A stretch of DNA of 64,000 nt from an uncultured Actinomycetes bacterium (lineage in GTDB: Bacteria; Actinomycetota; Acidimicrobiia; IMCC26256; PALSA-610). Where the stretch lies: the NCBI GenBank assembly GCA_963701825.1, contig CAVPBG010000002.1, positions 1,248,744-1,312,743 on the forward strand. Reading direction: 5' to 3'. Shown here piece after piece: positions 34,854 through 44,140 of this stretch; the first letter of the stretch is position 1, and every line of letters starts with the position of its first letter. The position numbers and the translations under genes are program-made. The notes under the pieces are model-generated. The model ran no database searches and was not told the DNA's origin. It saw only the letters and a program-made list of their open reading frames with translations.

Positions 34854-35953
34854 AGCGCGTACTGGTCACCACTGTCGCCGCGGTCCTGCTGGCTGCCGCG
34901 TGCGGCAGCAGCGCGCACTCCACTGCGGCAAACTCCACCGGAACTTCGGGGGCGGGTGGCCCGTCGACGACCGCGCCCGCCAAGATCACCACGGTCCGGC
35001 TGCTCACGCACAGCTCGTTCGCGGTGTCGAAGAACGTGCTCGCGGACTTCACCAAGCAGACGGGCTACAAGGTCAAGCTCATCCAGCCCGGCGACGTGGG
35101 TGTGATGGTCAACGAGGCCATCCTGCGCAAGAACAATCCGGTCGCCGACGCGCTGTTCGGCGTCGACAACACGTTCCTGACGCGCGCGCTCGATGCCGGC
35201 ATCTTCGATCCGTACGTCGCACCGGGCCTCGACTCGGTTCCGACCGACATGCAGGTCGACCCGCAACACCGCGTCACGCCGATCGACGAGAGCAACGTCT
35301 GTGTCGTGTTCGACAAGTCGTGGTTCGGCCACGACGGCCGGCCGGCCGCGCCTACCTCGCTCGACGATCTGATCGATCCGCGGTACAAGAGCCTCACGGT
35401 CGTCGAGAACGCGTCGACATCGTCGCCCGGTCTGGCGTTCCTGCTCGCGACGATCGCGGCGAAAGGCGAGTCGGGTTGGAACGCGTACTGGACGTCGTTG
35501 CGGCACAACGGCGTGCAGGTCGACGACGACTGGACCACCGCTTACGAGACCGACTTCAGCGCGGGCGGCGGCAGCGGTAGTCGCCCGATCGTCGTCTCGT
35601 ACGGGTCCGATCCCGCGGCTGACGTGATCGGTTCGAGTCCCCACCGCGACACGCCCAATGTCGGCGTCGTGGGGTCGAGCTGTTTCCGGCAGATGGAATT
35701 TGCGGGCGTGCTGCACGGCGCGCACAACGTTCCCGGCGCGCAGGCGCTGGTCGCGTTCCTGCTCTCCCGTCAGTTCCAGGACGACATGCCGCTGCAGATG
35801 TATGTCGACCCGATCGTGAAGGGGGCGACGCTCCCGGCCGCGTTCACGCAGTGGGAGGTCAATCCGCCGCACCCGCTCTCGATCGATCCCGCGACCATCT
35901 CCGCGAAGCGCACCGAGTGGATCAAGGAGTGGACCAACCTCGTGGTGAACTGA
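34850..35953 (+). CDS. thiB: Thiamine-type ABC transporter substrate-binding lipoprotein
   Basis: The GTG at 34850 overlaps the previous stop (GTGA). It has a lipobox (LLAAAC/G), a periplasmic-binding-protein fold pattern, and riboswitch/operon context. Confidence 0.8.
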   Translation: MKRVLVTTVAAVLLAAACGSSAHSTAANSTGTSGAGGPSTTAPAKITTVRLLTHSSFAVSKNVLADFTKQTGYKVKLIQPGDVGVMVNEAILRKNNPVADALFGVDNTFLTRALDAGIFDPYVAPGLDSVPTDMQVDPQHRVTPIDESNVCVVFDKSWFGHDGRPAAPTSLDDLIDPRYKSLTVVENASTSSPGLAFLLATIAAKGESGWNAYWTSLRHNGVQVDDDWTTAYETDFSAGGGSGSRPIVVSYGSDPAADVIGSSPHRDTPNVGVVGSSCFRQMEFAGVLHGAHNVPGAQALVAFLLSRQFQDDMPLQMYVDPIVKGATLPAAFTQWEVNPPHPLSIDPATISAKRTEWIKEWTNLVVN

Positions 35954-37560
35954 TGACGCGACTCGCCCGCGTCGTTCGCGTCGCAATCCCGGTCGGGTTC
36001 CTTACGCTGTTCTTCGCGTGGCCGTTGGCGGCGATCTTTGCGCACTCCCTCCGGCCGGGGGCGATCGTCGACGTCTTCACCGATCCGTCGTTGCGGCGCG
36101 TGGTGTGGTTCACCTTGTGGCAGGCCGTGGTCTCGACGGTCGCCACGTTGGTGGTCGGTTTGCCGGCCGCGTACGTGGTCGCGCGCTACGACTTCCCGGG
36201 CCGGCGCGCCTTCCGCGCCTTCGTGACGATCCCGTTCGTGTTGCCGACGGTAGTGGTGGCCACCGCATTCCTCGCGTTGCTCCAACCCGGCGGCCCGTTG
36301 ACGTTCCTGCACTGGCGACCGGGCGTGGCGCCGATGCTCATCGCGCACGTGTTCTTCAACGTGGCCGTGGTGGTGCGCACGGTCGGTGGGTTCTGGGCGA
36401 ACCTCGATCCCCGGCGCGAGGAAGCCGCCCGCATGCTCGGCGCGTCGCGGACGCGTGCGTTCCTCGGAGTCACGCTGCCGCTGCTCGCTCCCGCCATCAT
36501 CGCCGCGGCATCGATCGTGTTTCTCTTCACCTTCACGTCGTTCGGCGTCGCGTTGCTCCTCGCGGGCCCGGCGCACGCCACGATCGAGGTCGAGATCTAC
36601 CGCCAGGCCGTCGACTTCTTCGATCTGCGCACGGCGGCCGCGCTCGCGCTCGTGCAGATCGTGGCCGTGCTCGCGGTCGTGGTCACGCTCGGGCGGGCGC
36701 AGGAGCGGCGCGGTGTCGCGCAGCGACTGGTCGGCTCCGTGGATTCGGCCCGGCGGCCCCGCGGCCGGGAGAAGTTCGTCGTCGGCGGGATCCTGGGGCT
36801 CACGACCTTGTTTCTCGGCGGCCCGCTGGTCGTGTTGGTCTGGCGGTCGTTCCACGTCGGCGGGCAATGGAGCCTCGACTCGTACCGCGCGCTGGGATCG
36901 AGTGCGTCGACCAGCACGCTCTATGTGTCGCCGTGGACGGCGGTGGTGAACTCCATCGTGTTCGCGGCGATCGCCACGGTCATCGCGCTGGTCGTCGGTG
37001 GCCTGGCATCGGTCGCGATCGCGGCCCGACCAAGCCGGGCGACGCGCAGCATGGACGCGTTCCTGATGCTCCCGCTCGGAACCTCCGCGGTCACGGTCGG
37101 CTTCGGCTTCCTGCTCGCGTCGCAACACGTCCCGCGATCCGTCGCCGACTGGTGGCTGTTGGTACCGATCGCCCATTCGGTGATCGCGATCCCGTTCGTC
37201 GTACGGGCCGTCGTACCCGTGCTCCGCAGCATCGATCCACGGTTGCGCGACGCGGCGACGATGCTCGGCGCCGGTCCGCGGCGGGTGTGGCGCGAAGTCG
37301 ACTTCCCGATCGTCGCGCGGGCGTTCGTCGTCGCGGCCGGCTTCTGCGCGGCGGTATCCCTGGGCGAGTTCGGCGCGACGCTCTTCATCGCCCGCCCTGA
37401 TTGGCCGACGGTTCCGATCGCGATTCAGCGCTTCATCGCCAAGCCCGGGCAGATCAACTTCGATCAGGCGCTCGCGTTGTCGGTGATCCTCATGGCGATG
37501 ACCGCGGTGGTGGTGTTCGCGATCGAGCGGGTGCGCGTGCGCGATCTCGGGGAGTTCTAG
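35953..37560 (+). CDS. thiP: ABC transporter permease with duplicated (two-domain) ThiP/iron(III)-type architecture
   Basis: The ATG at 35953 overlaps the previous stop (TGATG). 535 aa, about 12 TM segments, and two EAA-like loops (EEAARMLGASR, RDAATMLGAGP). Confidence 0.85.
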   Translation: MTRLARVVRVAIPVGFLTLFFAWPLAAIFAHSLRPGAIVDVFTDPSLRRVVWFTLWQAVVSTVATLVVGLPAAYVVARYDFPGRRAFRAFVTIPFVLPTVVVATAFLALLQPGGPLTFLHWRPGVAPMLIAHVFFNVAVVVRTVGGFWANLDPRREEAARMLGASRTRAFLGVTLPLLAPAIIAAASIVFLFTFTSFGVALLLAGPAHATIEVEIYRQAVDFFDLRTAAALALVQIVAVLAVVVTLGRAQERRGVAQRLVGSVDSARRPRGREKFVVGGILGLTTLFLGGPLVVLVWRSFHVGGQWSLDSYRALGSSASTSTLYVSPWTAVVNSIVFAAIATVIALVVGGLASVAIAARPSRATRSMDAFLMLPLGTSAVTVGFGFLLASQHVPRSVADWWLLVPIAHSVIAIPFVVRAVVPVLRSIDPRLRDAATMLGAGPRRVWREVDFPIVARAFVVAAGFCAAVSLGEFGATLFIARPDWPTVPIAIQRFIAKPGQINFDQALALSVILMAMTAVVVFAIERVRVRDLGEF

Positions 37561-38601
37561 ATGTTGAGCATCGAGCACGCGGTCGTGCAGTTCGGTGGTC
37601 GCCGCGCGCTCGACGACGTCGACATGGAACTCGGCGACGGCGAGACGATCGCGGTGCTCGGCCCGAGCGGCTCGGGCAAGACCACGCTCCTGCGCGCGGT
37701 GGCCGGACTCCAACCGCTCGACGGCGGTCGGATCACCTGGCGCGGCGTGGATCTGGCCGGTGTCGCGGCGCACGAGCGGCGCTTCGGCCTCATGTTCCAG
37801 GAGTACGCGCTGTTCCCGCACCGCGACGTGGCCGGCAATGTCGAGTTCGGGCTACGTATGGGGAACTCCGGTATGAGTTCGTCCGATCGGGCGGCGCGTT
37901 CGCAGCGGGTCGACGAGGTGCTCGATCTCGTCGGTCTGACCGGCATGCGAACTCGCCGAATCGCGTCGCTGTCGGGCGGGGAGCAGCAGCGGGTCGCACT
38001 GGCGCGCGCCCTGGCCGTCTCACCCCGTCTGCTCATGCTCGATGAACCGCTGGGCGCGCTCGACCGCGTGTGGCGGCGGCGTCTGCTCGCCGAGATCCGT
38101 GCCATTCTCGATCGATCGGCGCTGGCAGCGCTGTACGTCACGCACGATCACGAGGAAGCGTTTGCGATTGCGCACCGGGTCGCGATCATGCGCGACGGCC
38201 GGGTCGTGCAGCTCGGCGCGCCGACCGACGTATGGCGCGCGCCCGCCGACGCGTGGACCGCCGCGTTTCTCGGTTTCGGGCCGGTCGTGACGGTCGAAGC
38301 CCGCGCCGGCCGCGTGAGCTCGCCGTGGGGTGAGATCGAGGTGCGATCCGATGCCGGGTCGGGTCCTGTCGACCTCGTCGTGCGTCCGGACGCGGCGCGT
38401 CTCGATCCCGCAGGACCGATCGCGGCGCGGGTGGTCGCCTCGGCGTTCACCGGGACGCACGTCGAGCTCTCCGCAATGGCCGAGCGCGGTCCGGCCTTGA
38501 CGGTTGTCGTCGCGCCGCACCACGCGCCGGCCCTGGGCGACCGGATCCGCCTGGTGCTGGATCCCGACGCACTTCTCGTCTATCCCCGTCGGGCAGACTG
38601 A
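37561..38601 (+). CDS. thiQ: ABC transporter ATP-binding protein
   Basis: Walker A GPSGSGKTT, signature LSGGEQQRVALARAL, Walker B LLMLDEP, and a C-terminal TOBE-like extension. Confidence 0.85.
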   Translation: MLSIEHAVVQFGGRRALDDVDMELGDGETIAVLGPSGSGKTTLLRAVAGLQPLDGGRITWRGVDLAGVAAHERRFGLMFQEYALFPHRDVAGNVEFGLRMGNSGMSSSDRAARSQRVDEVLDLVGLTGMRTRRIASLSGGEQQRVALARALAVSPRLLMLDEPLGALDRVWRRRLLAEIRAILDRSALAALYVTHDHEEAFAIAHRVAIMRDGRVVQLGAPTDVWRAPADAWTAAFLGFGPVVTVEARAGRVSSPWGEIEVRSDAGSGPVDLVVRPDAARLDPAGPIAARVVASAFTGTHVELSAMAERGPALTVVVAPHHAPALGDRIRLVLDPDALLVYPRRAD

Positions 38602-38605
38602 CCCG

Positions 38606-39235
38606 ATGGCGACCAAGGCCGCGATCGCGGAAGGAGCGCGCGTCCTCGCGAAACGCGACAAGGTCATGGCGCGCATGTTGCGCGAGCACGGCGTGCCCGA
38701 ACTGCATCCGCATCGGCCCCGGCGGTCGCACTTCGCCGAGATCGCGCGCATGATCTGTTACCAGCAGCTCGCAGGTCGGGCCGCGTCGGCGATCCACGGG
38801 CGGTTCGAGGCGCTGTTCGATGTCGAGCCGACTCCCGCGGCGGTGCTCGCCACTCCGTTCGAGAAGTTGCGGGGTGCCGGCCTGTCGAACGCCAAGGCCA
38901 CCTCGATCCGCGACCTCGCGCAGAAGGTCGAGGAAGGGCTCGTCGAGCTCGACCGCATGGGCCGCCTACGCGACGACAAGGTGGTGAGCGAGCTCGTCCT
39001 CGTGCGCGGCATCGGCGAGTGGACCGCGCAGATGTTCCTCATGTTCCAACTCGGTCGCCTCGACGTGTGGCCCGTCCTCGACTTCGGCGTCCGCAGCGGC
39101 TTCGGCACCATGTTCGGCCTGAAGCAGATGCCGACTCCCAAACAGCTCCAACCCGAGGGCGACCGCTTCATGCCCTACCGGTCGCTCGTCGCCTGGTGGT
39201 GCTGGCGCGCTGCCGACACCGTCACCCCCGAATAA
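38606..39235 (+). CDS. DNA-3-methyladenine glycosylase II-like (HhH-GPD, AlkA type)
   Basis: The ATG at 38606 gives 209 aa. It has an HhH-GPD pattern (LRGAGLSNAKATSIRDLA...LVRGIGEWTAQMFLMF...DVWPVLDFGVR). Confidence 0.8.
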   Translation: MATKAAIAEGARVLAKRDKVMARMLREHGVPELHPHRPRRSHFAEIARMICYQQLAGRAASAIHGRFEALFDVEPTPAAVLATPFEKLRGAGLSNAKATSIRDLAQKVEEGLVELDRMGRLRDDKVVSELVLVRGIGEWTAQMFLMFQLGRLDVWPVLDFGVRSGFGTMFGLKQMPTPKQLQPEGDRFMPYRSLVAWWCWRAADTVTPE

Positions 39236-39237
39236 CT

Positions 39238-39287
39238 CGAACCGGTGTGAGCGGGGCGCCATATCGGCGCCCGCTCACGCCAGTTCG
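39238..39287. repeat. Palindromic intergenic element, copy B
   Basis: cgaaccggtgtgagcggggcgcc atat c ggcgcccgctcacgccagttcg, 3 nt after the stop at 39235. Confidence 0.65.
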
Positions 39288-39333
39288 CAGGGTTGGGGGT
39301 TCAACCGGGGCGGGGATTCGTCGATGAGCAGGG

Positions 39334-39771
39334 GTGGAGCGATCCCGGCAGCGGGCACGATTGGCGCGGCGCGGCTGCGTCGGACTGGTGGGGCTGGCCG
39401 TCCTGGGCACGCTCGGCCTGGTGTTCGGCGGACCGCTCGGCGGCTCGCGACCGGTCAAGCTCGTGCCCGTGAGCGCGGCGGTGGCCGCGGCACCCGCGGT
39501 CGCGTTCCGGGCCCCACCCCCGCCGTCGGCGCCGACGACCTCCACCACGGCGCCCCGGCGCGTGGTCTCCTCGACGACTGCGGTTTCGGTCTCCTCGACC
39601 ACCGCCGCGCCAACCTCGACGACGGTGCCGAAGGGCTCGACCACGGTCGCGTCCACCGCACCCAAGGTCGCAGCGCGGCCGCCGGCCACGACGGTGCCCG
39701 CGGCGCCAACGACGTCGACGACTACCGCGGCGCCGACAACGACGACGCTTCCGTCACCGCCGACCACCTGA
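39334..39771 (+). CDS. Hypothetical membrane-anchored Thr/Pro/Ser-rich protein
   Basis: 145 aa with an N-terminal TM segment (VGLVGLAVLGTLGLVFGG) followed by low-complexity TTSTTAP-type sequence. Competing ORFs exist on both strands, so confidence is low. Confidence 0.4.
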   Translation: MERSRQRARLARRGCVGLVGLAVLGTLGLVFGGPLGGSRPVKLVPVSAAVAAAPAVAFRAPPPPSAPTTSTTAPRRVVSSTTAVSVSSTTAAPTSTTVPKGSTTVASTAPKVAARPPATTVPAAPTTSTTTAAPTTTTLPSPPTT

Positions 39772-40035
39772 GCGGCGCGCGTTCATCCAGAGCAGGGTGA
39801 AGCGGATCGCGAGAAGCGCGCCGACGACGCCGACTGCGACGCCGAACACCGCCGCCGCGATCGTGCGATCGAACTCCAGCGCGAGCACCAGCCCCGCCAA
39901 CGACAGGAACGCGACCGCCTGGAGTACATGCACGCGCGTCGGCACGGAGCCGCGCCCGGACTTGCGGTCGACGTACGCGACCCACAGCCGGCGTCCGCCG
40001 AGCAGCGCGCCGCCCGCGGCGAGCAGAAGCAGCAT
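39754..40035 (-). CDS. Hypothetical small membrane protein
   Basis: 93 aa with three hydrophobic segments, directly downstream of the racemase gene on the same strand. Confidence 0.35.
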   Translation of the reverse strand: MLLLLAAGGALLGGRRLWVAYVDRKSGRGSVPTRVHVLQAVAFLSLAGLVLALEFDRTIAAAVFGVAVGVVGALLAIRFTLLWMNARRSGGRR

Positions 40036-40062
40036 GCGTTCGTTGGTCCGACGGCCGCGCGC

Positions 40063-41223
40063 CTAGGCGACGGCGCCGTCGGTCTTGAGTTGGGCGATCT
40101 CGGCCGCGGCGAAGCCCCATTCCGCCAGCGCGGCGTCGGTGTCGGTACCCGGCTTGACCGGAGCACCCTGGATCGTGCTCGGCGTGCGACTGAAGCGCGG
40201 CGCGGGCGCCGGATGCGGTGAACCGGCGACGTCGACGAACATCTCCCGCTCCACGTTGTGCGGGTGTCGGCGCGCTTCCGACATCGGTAACACCGGCGCG
40301 AAACACACCTCGGTCCCCGCGAAGAACGCGATCCATTCGTCGCGCGTCCGCGTGCGAAACAGTTCGGCCAGGCGCACCTTCAGCGCGGGCCACTGCGCCG
40401 TGTCCATCTGCGCGGCGGGCTCGAGATCGTCGAAGCCGAGCGGCGCAACCAGGCGCAGGAAGTTCGCGTAGAACTTGGGTTCGTACGCGGCGAGCGACAC
40501 GTAGCCGCCGTCGGCGGTTTCGTAGACGTTGTAGAAGTGCGCGCCGCCGTCGAGCAGGTTCGTGCCGCGTGGGCCCCATCCGCCGATCGAGTCGATGCCC
40601 CAGAAGATGCTCATCAGCTGCGCGCTGCCGTCGACCATCGCCGCGTCGACGACCTGACCGACGCCGGAACGGCCGCGCTCGACCAGCGCGGCCAGGATCC
40701 CCATCACCACCAGGGAACCGCCGCCCCCGAAGTCGGCGAGCAGGTTGATCGGCGGAACCGGCGCGTGGCCCTCGGGCCCGAGATGCCACAGCACGCCCGC
40801 GACCGAGAGGTAGTTGACGTCGTGGCCGACGTCGCCCGCGAGCGGACCGGTTTGGCCCCAGCCCGTCATGCGGGCGTACACCAGCGCCGGGTTGCGCTTC
40901 TGACACGCGTCGGGCCCGACCCCGAGTCGTTCGGCCACGCGGGGCCGAAAGCCTTCGAGCAGAACGTCGGCGTGCTCGCACAGCCGGAGCACGACCTCGG
41001 CGCCGCCCGGGTTCTTCAGGTCGACGCCGATGCTGCGGCGGCCGCGGTCGATCACCGAGATCGCCGAGGCGCTCCCACCGGCCACCGATCGGCCGGTGGC
41101 GACGTCGGTGGCCCGATCGACGCGCAAGACCTCGGCACCGAGATCGGAAAGCAACATGCCGGCGAACTGCACCGGGCCGATGTTCGGCAGCTCGACGACT
41201 TTGATCCCGGCGAGCGGTCCCAT
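40063..41223 (-). CDS. mcr: Alpha-methylacyl-CoA racemase-like family III CoA-transferase
   Basis: The ATG at 41223 gives MGPLAGIKVVELPNIGPVQFAGMLLSDLGAEVLRVDR...INLLADFGGGG, 386 aa. The start overlaps the upstream amidohydrolase stop (ATGA). Confidence 0.85.
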   Translation of the reverse strand: MGPLAGIKVVELPNIGPVQFAGMLLSDLGAEVLRVDRATDVATGRSVAGGSASAISVIDRGRRSIGVDLKNPGGAEVVLRLCEHADVLLEGFRPRVAERLGVGPDACQKRNPALVYARMTGWGQTGPLAGDVGHDVNYLSVAGVLWHLGPEGHAPVPPINLLADFGGGGSLVVMGILAALVERGRSGVGQVVDAAMVDGSAQLMSIFWGIDSIGGWGPRGTNLLDGGAHFYNVYETADGGYVSLAAYEPKFYANFLRLVAPLGFDDLEPAAQMDTAQWPALKVRLAELFRTRTRDEWIAFFAGTEVCFAPVLPMSEARRHPHNVEREMFVDVAGSPHPAPAPRFSRTPSTIQGAPVKPGTDTDAALAEWGFAAAEIAQLKTDGAVA

Positions 41224-42107
41224 CAGACCTTCAGGAGCCGAGCCGCGTTCTCGTAGAGGAACTTCGGCCACACGTGGTCGCGGAACGGCACGTTGGGCAG
41301 CTCTGCGAAGATGCGGTCGATGTCGAGCCCCATCGGGTAGTAGCCCGCGTAGATGATCTTGTCGGCGCCGCGTGTGTTCGCGAAGTTGATGATGTCCTTG
41401 TTGTAGTGCTTGGGCGCGAACGCCGACGTCGAGTAGTGCAGGTTCGGCCACTTGAGCAGGAGCTTGACCATCAACTCGCTCCACGGTTCACCACCGTGAC
41501 GCGTGATGATCTTCAGCTCGGGGAAGAACCAGCAGACCTCGTCGAGCAACGCGACCTCTTGTGGCGCGAAACGAATGCGCGGTCCGGGTACGCCCGCGTA
41601 GACGAAGATCGGGATGTCGAGCTCGATGCACTTCGAATAGATCGGGTACATCTTCTTGTCGTTCAGCGGGATCTGCGGGATGAGCCCGGTGCCCCAGCAG
41701 TTGACCGACCGGGCGCCGTGCACGCGCACGTCTTCGTCGAGCTTGCGTACCGCGTCCATGCCCTGGTTCGGGTCGGTGTTCGTCGACGCGATGAAACGGT
41801 CGGGATAGCGCTCCAGCGCGATCTTGGCGTTGCCGTCGACGGCCATGCCGGTCAGCGCTTTTCGGATCCCGTGCTGGTCCATCTTCGCAAGCAGCATCTC
41901 GACCGGGTCGTCGACCTTGTCGTAGTGCGGCACGCCCTTGAACATGTACTGCGCGGGGAACTCCCACTCCTGGCTGTCGGAGTCGTGCGTCTGCTTGCGG
42001 ATGAAGTCGTAGTGCTTGGCCTGCTCTTCGCGGGGCGCGGGGAACCCGATCATCGTGTCGATGACTCCGACCTCGGCCCGGGCCTTCTCAAAGGCTTCGA
42101 TGCTCAT
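41223..42107 (-). CDS. Amidohydrolase_2 (PF04909-like) family protein, paralog 1
   Basis: The ATG at 42107 is preceded by GGAGGA and gives 294 aa. It shares FPAQYMFKGVPH, MYPIYSKCIELDIPIFVYAGVPGPR, ITRHGGEPW and ENAARLL with the two upstream paralogs. Confidence 0.85.
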   Translation of the reverse strand: MSIEAFEKARAEVGVIDTMIGFPAPREEQAKHYDFIRKQTHDSDSQEWEFPAQYMFKGVPHYDKVDDPVEMLLAKMDQHGIRKALTGMAVDGNAKIALERYPDRFIASTNTDPNQGMDAVRKLDEDVRVHGARSVNCWGTGLIPQIPLNDKKMYPIYSKCIELDIPIFVYAGVPGPRIRFAPQEVALLDEVCWFFPELKIITRHGGEPWSELMVKLLLKWPNLHYSTSAFAPKHYNKDIINFANTRGADKIIYAGYYPMGLDIDRIFAELPNVPFRDHVWPKFLYENAARLLKV

Positions 42108-42182
42108 GCGGCTACGTCCTCCGGCCTCTATCGCCCGTGCTCCGGTTGGTAACGACCGGGCCTGCAGACTGCGCCTGACCAC

Positions 42183-43115
42183 TCACTTCGACGGCACCTT
42201 CTTCTGCGGGAGCTTGAACACTCGTTGTGCGTTCTCGCGTAGGAAACCGGGCCACACCTTGTCGCGGAACGGCACCGCCGGCATCTCATCGAACAAGCGC
42301 TCGTAGGTGAGCCCGGCGGGGAAGTAGCCCGAGAAGATCACCTTGTCGGCGCCGCGCGTGTTGGCGAAGTTGATGATGTCGGCGGGGTAGTACTTCGGCG
42401 CGAACGCGGTGGTCGAGTAGTAGAGGTTCGGCCACTTCAACAAGAGCTTGGCCGCCAGCGCGGTCCACGGCTCGCACCCGTGGCGCGTGACGAACTTGAG
42501 CTCGGGGAAGTACCAGCACACTTCGTCGATGAGCGCGACTTCCTGCGGCGCGAACTGCAACCGCGGGCCGGGCACGCCGGCCGTGGAACAGAACGCGATG
42601 TCGAGCTCGATGCACTTCGCGTAGATCGGGTAGAACTTCGCGTCGTTGAGTGCGACCTGCGGGTAGAGGCCCGAAGGGAACGCGCCGACCGACTTCAGGT
42701 CGAACTCGTCGGCATAGCGGGCGATCTTGCGGACCGCTTCCATGCCCTCGTTCGGGTCGATGCTCATGCCCGCGAAGAAGTGGTCGGGCAGATCGCGCAC
42801 CGCGCGCTGACCGGTCTCGTCTTCGATGCTGACGATGGCTTGCGTGATCCCGTGGCGCTGGTGCTCGAGGAAGAGCATCTCCACCGGGTCGCCCATGTCG
42901 TCGGACTCCCACTTGGGCACGTTCTTGAACATGTAGCCCGCGGGGAATTCGAGCTCGCCCGTCTTTGCATCCTTGGTGGCCGCGTCGTTGCTGCCCTTGC
43001 GGATGAATTCGTAGAAGTCGTACATGTCTTCGCGCGACTTCGGGAACCCGACCGCGGTGTCGACGACTCCGCCGGCCTTCGCTTCCTCGTACGGGCTCAT
43101 GTCGTGTTCCGTCAT
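42183..43115 (-). CDS. Amidohydrolase_2 family protein, paralog 2
   Basis: The ATG at 43115 overlaps the paralog-3 stop (ATGA) and gives 310 aa (FPAGYMFKNVPK, FYPIYAKCIELDIAFCSTAGVPGPR, VTRHGCEPW). Confidence 0.85.
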   Translation of the reverse strand: MTEHDMSPYEEAKAGGVVDTAVGFPKSREDMYDFYEFIRKGSNDAATKDAKTGELEFPAGYMFKNVPKWESDDMGDPVEMLFLEHQRHGITQAIVSIEDETGQRAVRDLPDHFFAGMSIDPNEGMEAVRKIARYADEFDLKSVGAFPSGLYPQVALNDAKFYPIYAKCIELDIAFCSTAGVPGPRLQFAPQEVALIDEVCWYFPELKFVTRHGCEPWTALAAKLLLKWPNLYYSTTAFAPKYYPADIINFANTRGADKVIFSGYFPAGLTYERLFDEMPAVPFRDKVWPGFLRENAQRVFKLPQKKVPSK

Positions 43116-43990
43116 GTCAGCTTGAAGACGCGTTCGGCGTTCTCCCGCAAGAACTTGGGCCACACGTGGTCGCGGAACGGAACGTCGGGCATCTCCTTGA
43201 AGATGCGGTCGAGCGAGAGCCCCATCGGGTAGTAGCCCGCGTACATCACCTTGTCGGCGCCGCGTGTGTTCGCGAACTTCACGACGGCCTCGGGGTAGTA
43301 GCGGGGTGCGAACGCGGACGTGGAGTAGTAGAGATTCGGCCACTTGAGGAGCAGCTTCACCGCGAGGTCGGCCCACGGCTCGCACCCGTGGCGCGTGACG
43401 AACTTGAGCTCGGGGAAGTACCAGCAGACCTCGTCGATGAGGCCGACGTACTGCGGCGCGAACGGCACCCGCGGTCCCGGCACGCCCGCGCACACGCAGA
43501 TCGGAATGTCGAGCTCGATGCACTTTGCGTAGATCGGGTAGAACTTCGCGTCGTTGATCGCGACCTGCGGGTAGAGGCCGGCGGGGAACGCGGTGGCGGC
43601 TTTGACGCCCAGTTCCTCGACCGCGCGGGTGAGGTCGCGGACCATGTCCATGCCGCGATTCGGATCGACCTCGAGGCTGCCAAAGAAGCGGTCCGGGTGA
43701 TCCTTCAACGCCCGGAGCGAGTCGCCGCTGCGATCTTCGTCGAACGACACGCCGAGCATGCCCTTTTCGATGCCGAACTTGTCCATCTGCTCCAACAGGA
43801 AGCGGACAGGATCGTCGCCCGCTTCCGGGTGCGGCACGTTCTTGAACATGTATTGGGCGGGGAATTCGAACTCGTCGAGCGATTCGCGGTCGCGGAGACC
43901 CTGGCGCAGGAACTTGTAGGTCCGCGCACCGGCGCGAAATGGCGTGGCGATCATCAGATCGATCACGCCGATGTCGGTCGGCATGGTCAT
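43112..43990 (-). CDS. Amidohydrolase_2 family protein, paralog 3
   Basis: The ATG at 43990 is preceded by AAGGAG and gives 292 aa (FPAQYMFKNVPH, FYPIYAKCIELDIPICVCAGVPGPR, VTRHGCEPW). The upstream 416 codons of the 708-aa ORF are discarded. Confidence 0.85.
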   Translation of the reverse strand: MTMPTDIGVIDLMIATPFRAGARTYKFLRQGLRDRESLDEFEFPAQYMFKNVPHPEAGDDPVRFLLEQMDKFGIEKGMLGVSFDEDRSGDSLRALKDHPDRFFGSLEVDPNRGMDMVRDLTRAVEELGVKAATAFPAGLYPQVAINDAKFYPIYAKCIELDIPICVCAGVPGPRVPFAPQYVGLIDEVCWYFPELKFVTRHGCEPWADLAVKLLLKWPNLYYSTSAFAPRYYPEAVVKFANTRGADKVMYAGYYPMGLSLDRIFKEMPDVPFRDHVWPKFLRENAERVFKLT

Positions 43991-44140
43991 GCGGACTCCT
44001 TGTACTCCGAGGGGACTCGTCAATTGCCGAGGGCACGGAAGGTACCGCGAGGCCGCGGGAGCGGTCAGATCCGTACGGCAGCGTTCGCGAAGCTGCCCGA
44101 ACCCGCGCCGCAGGCGCGATGCCCGCGAGAATGGGCGGCG

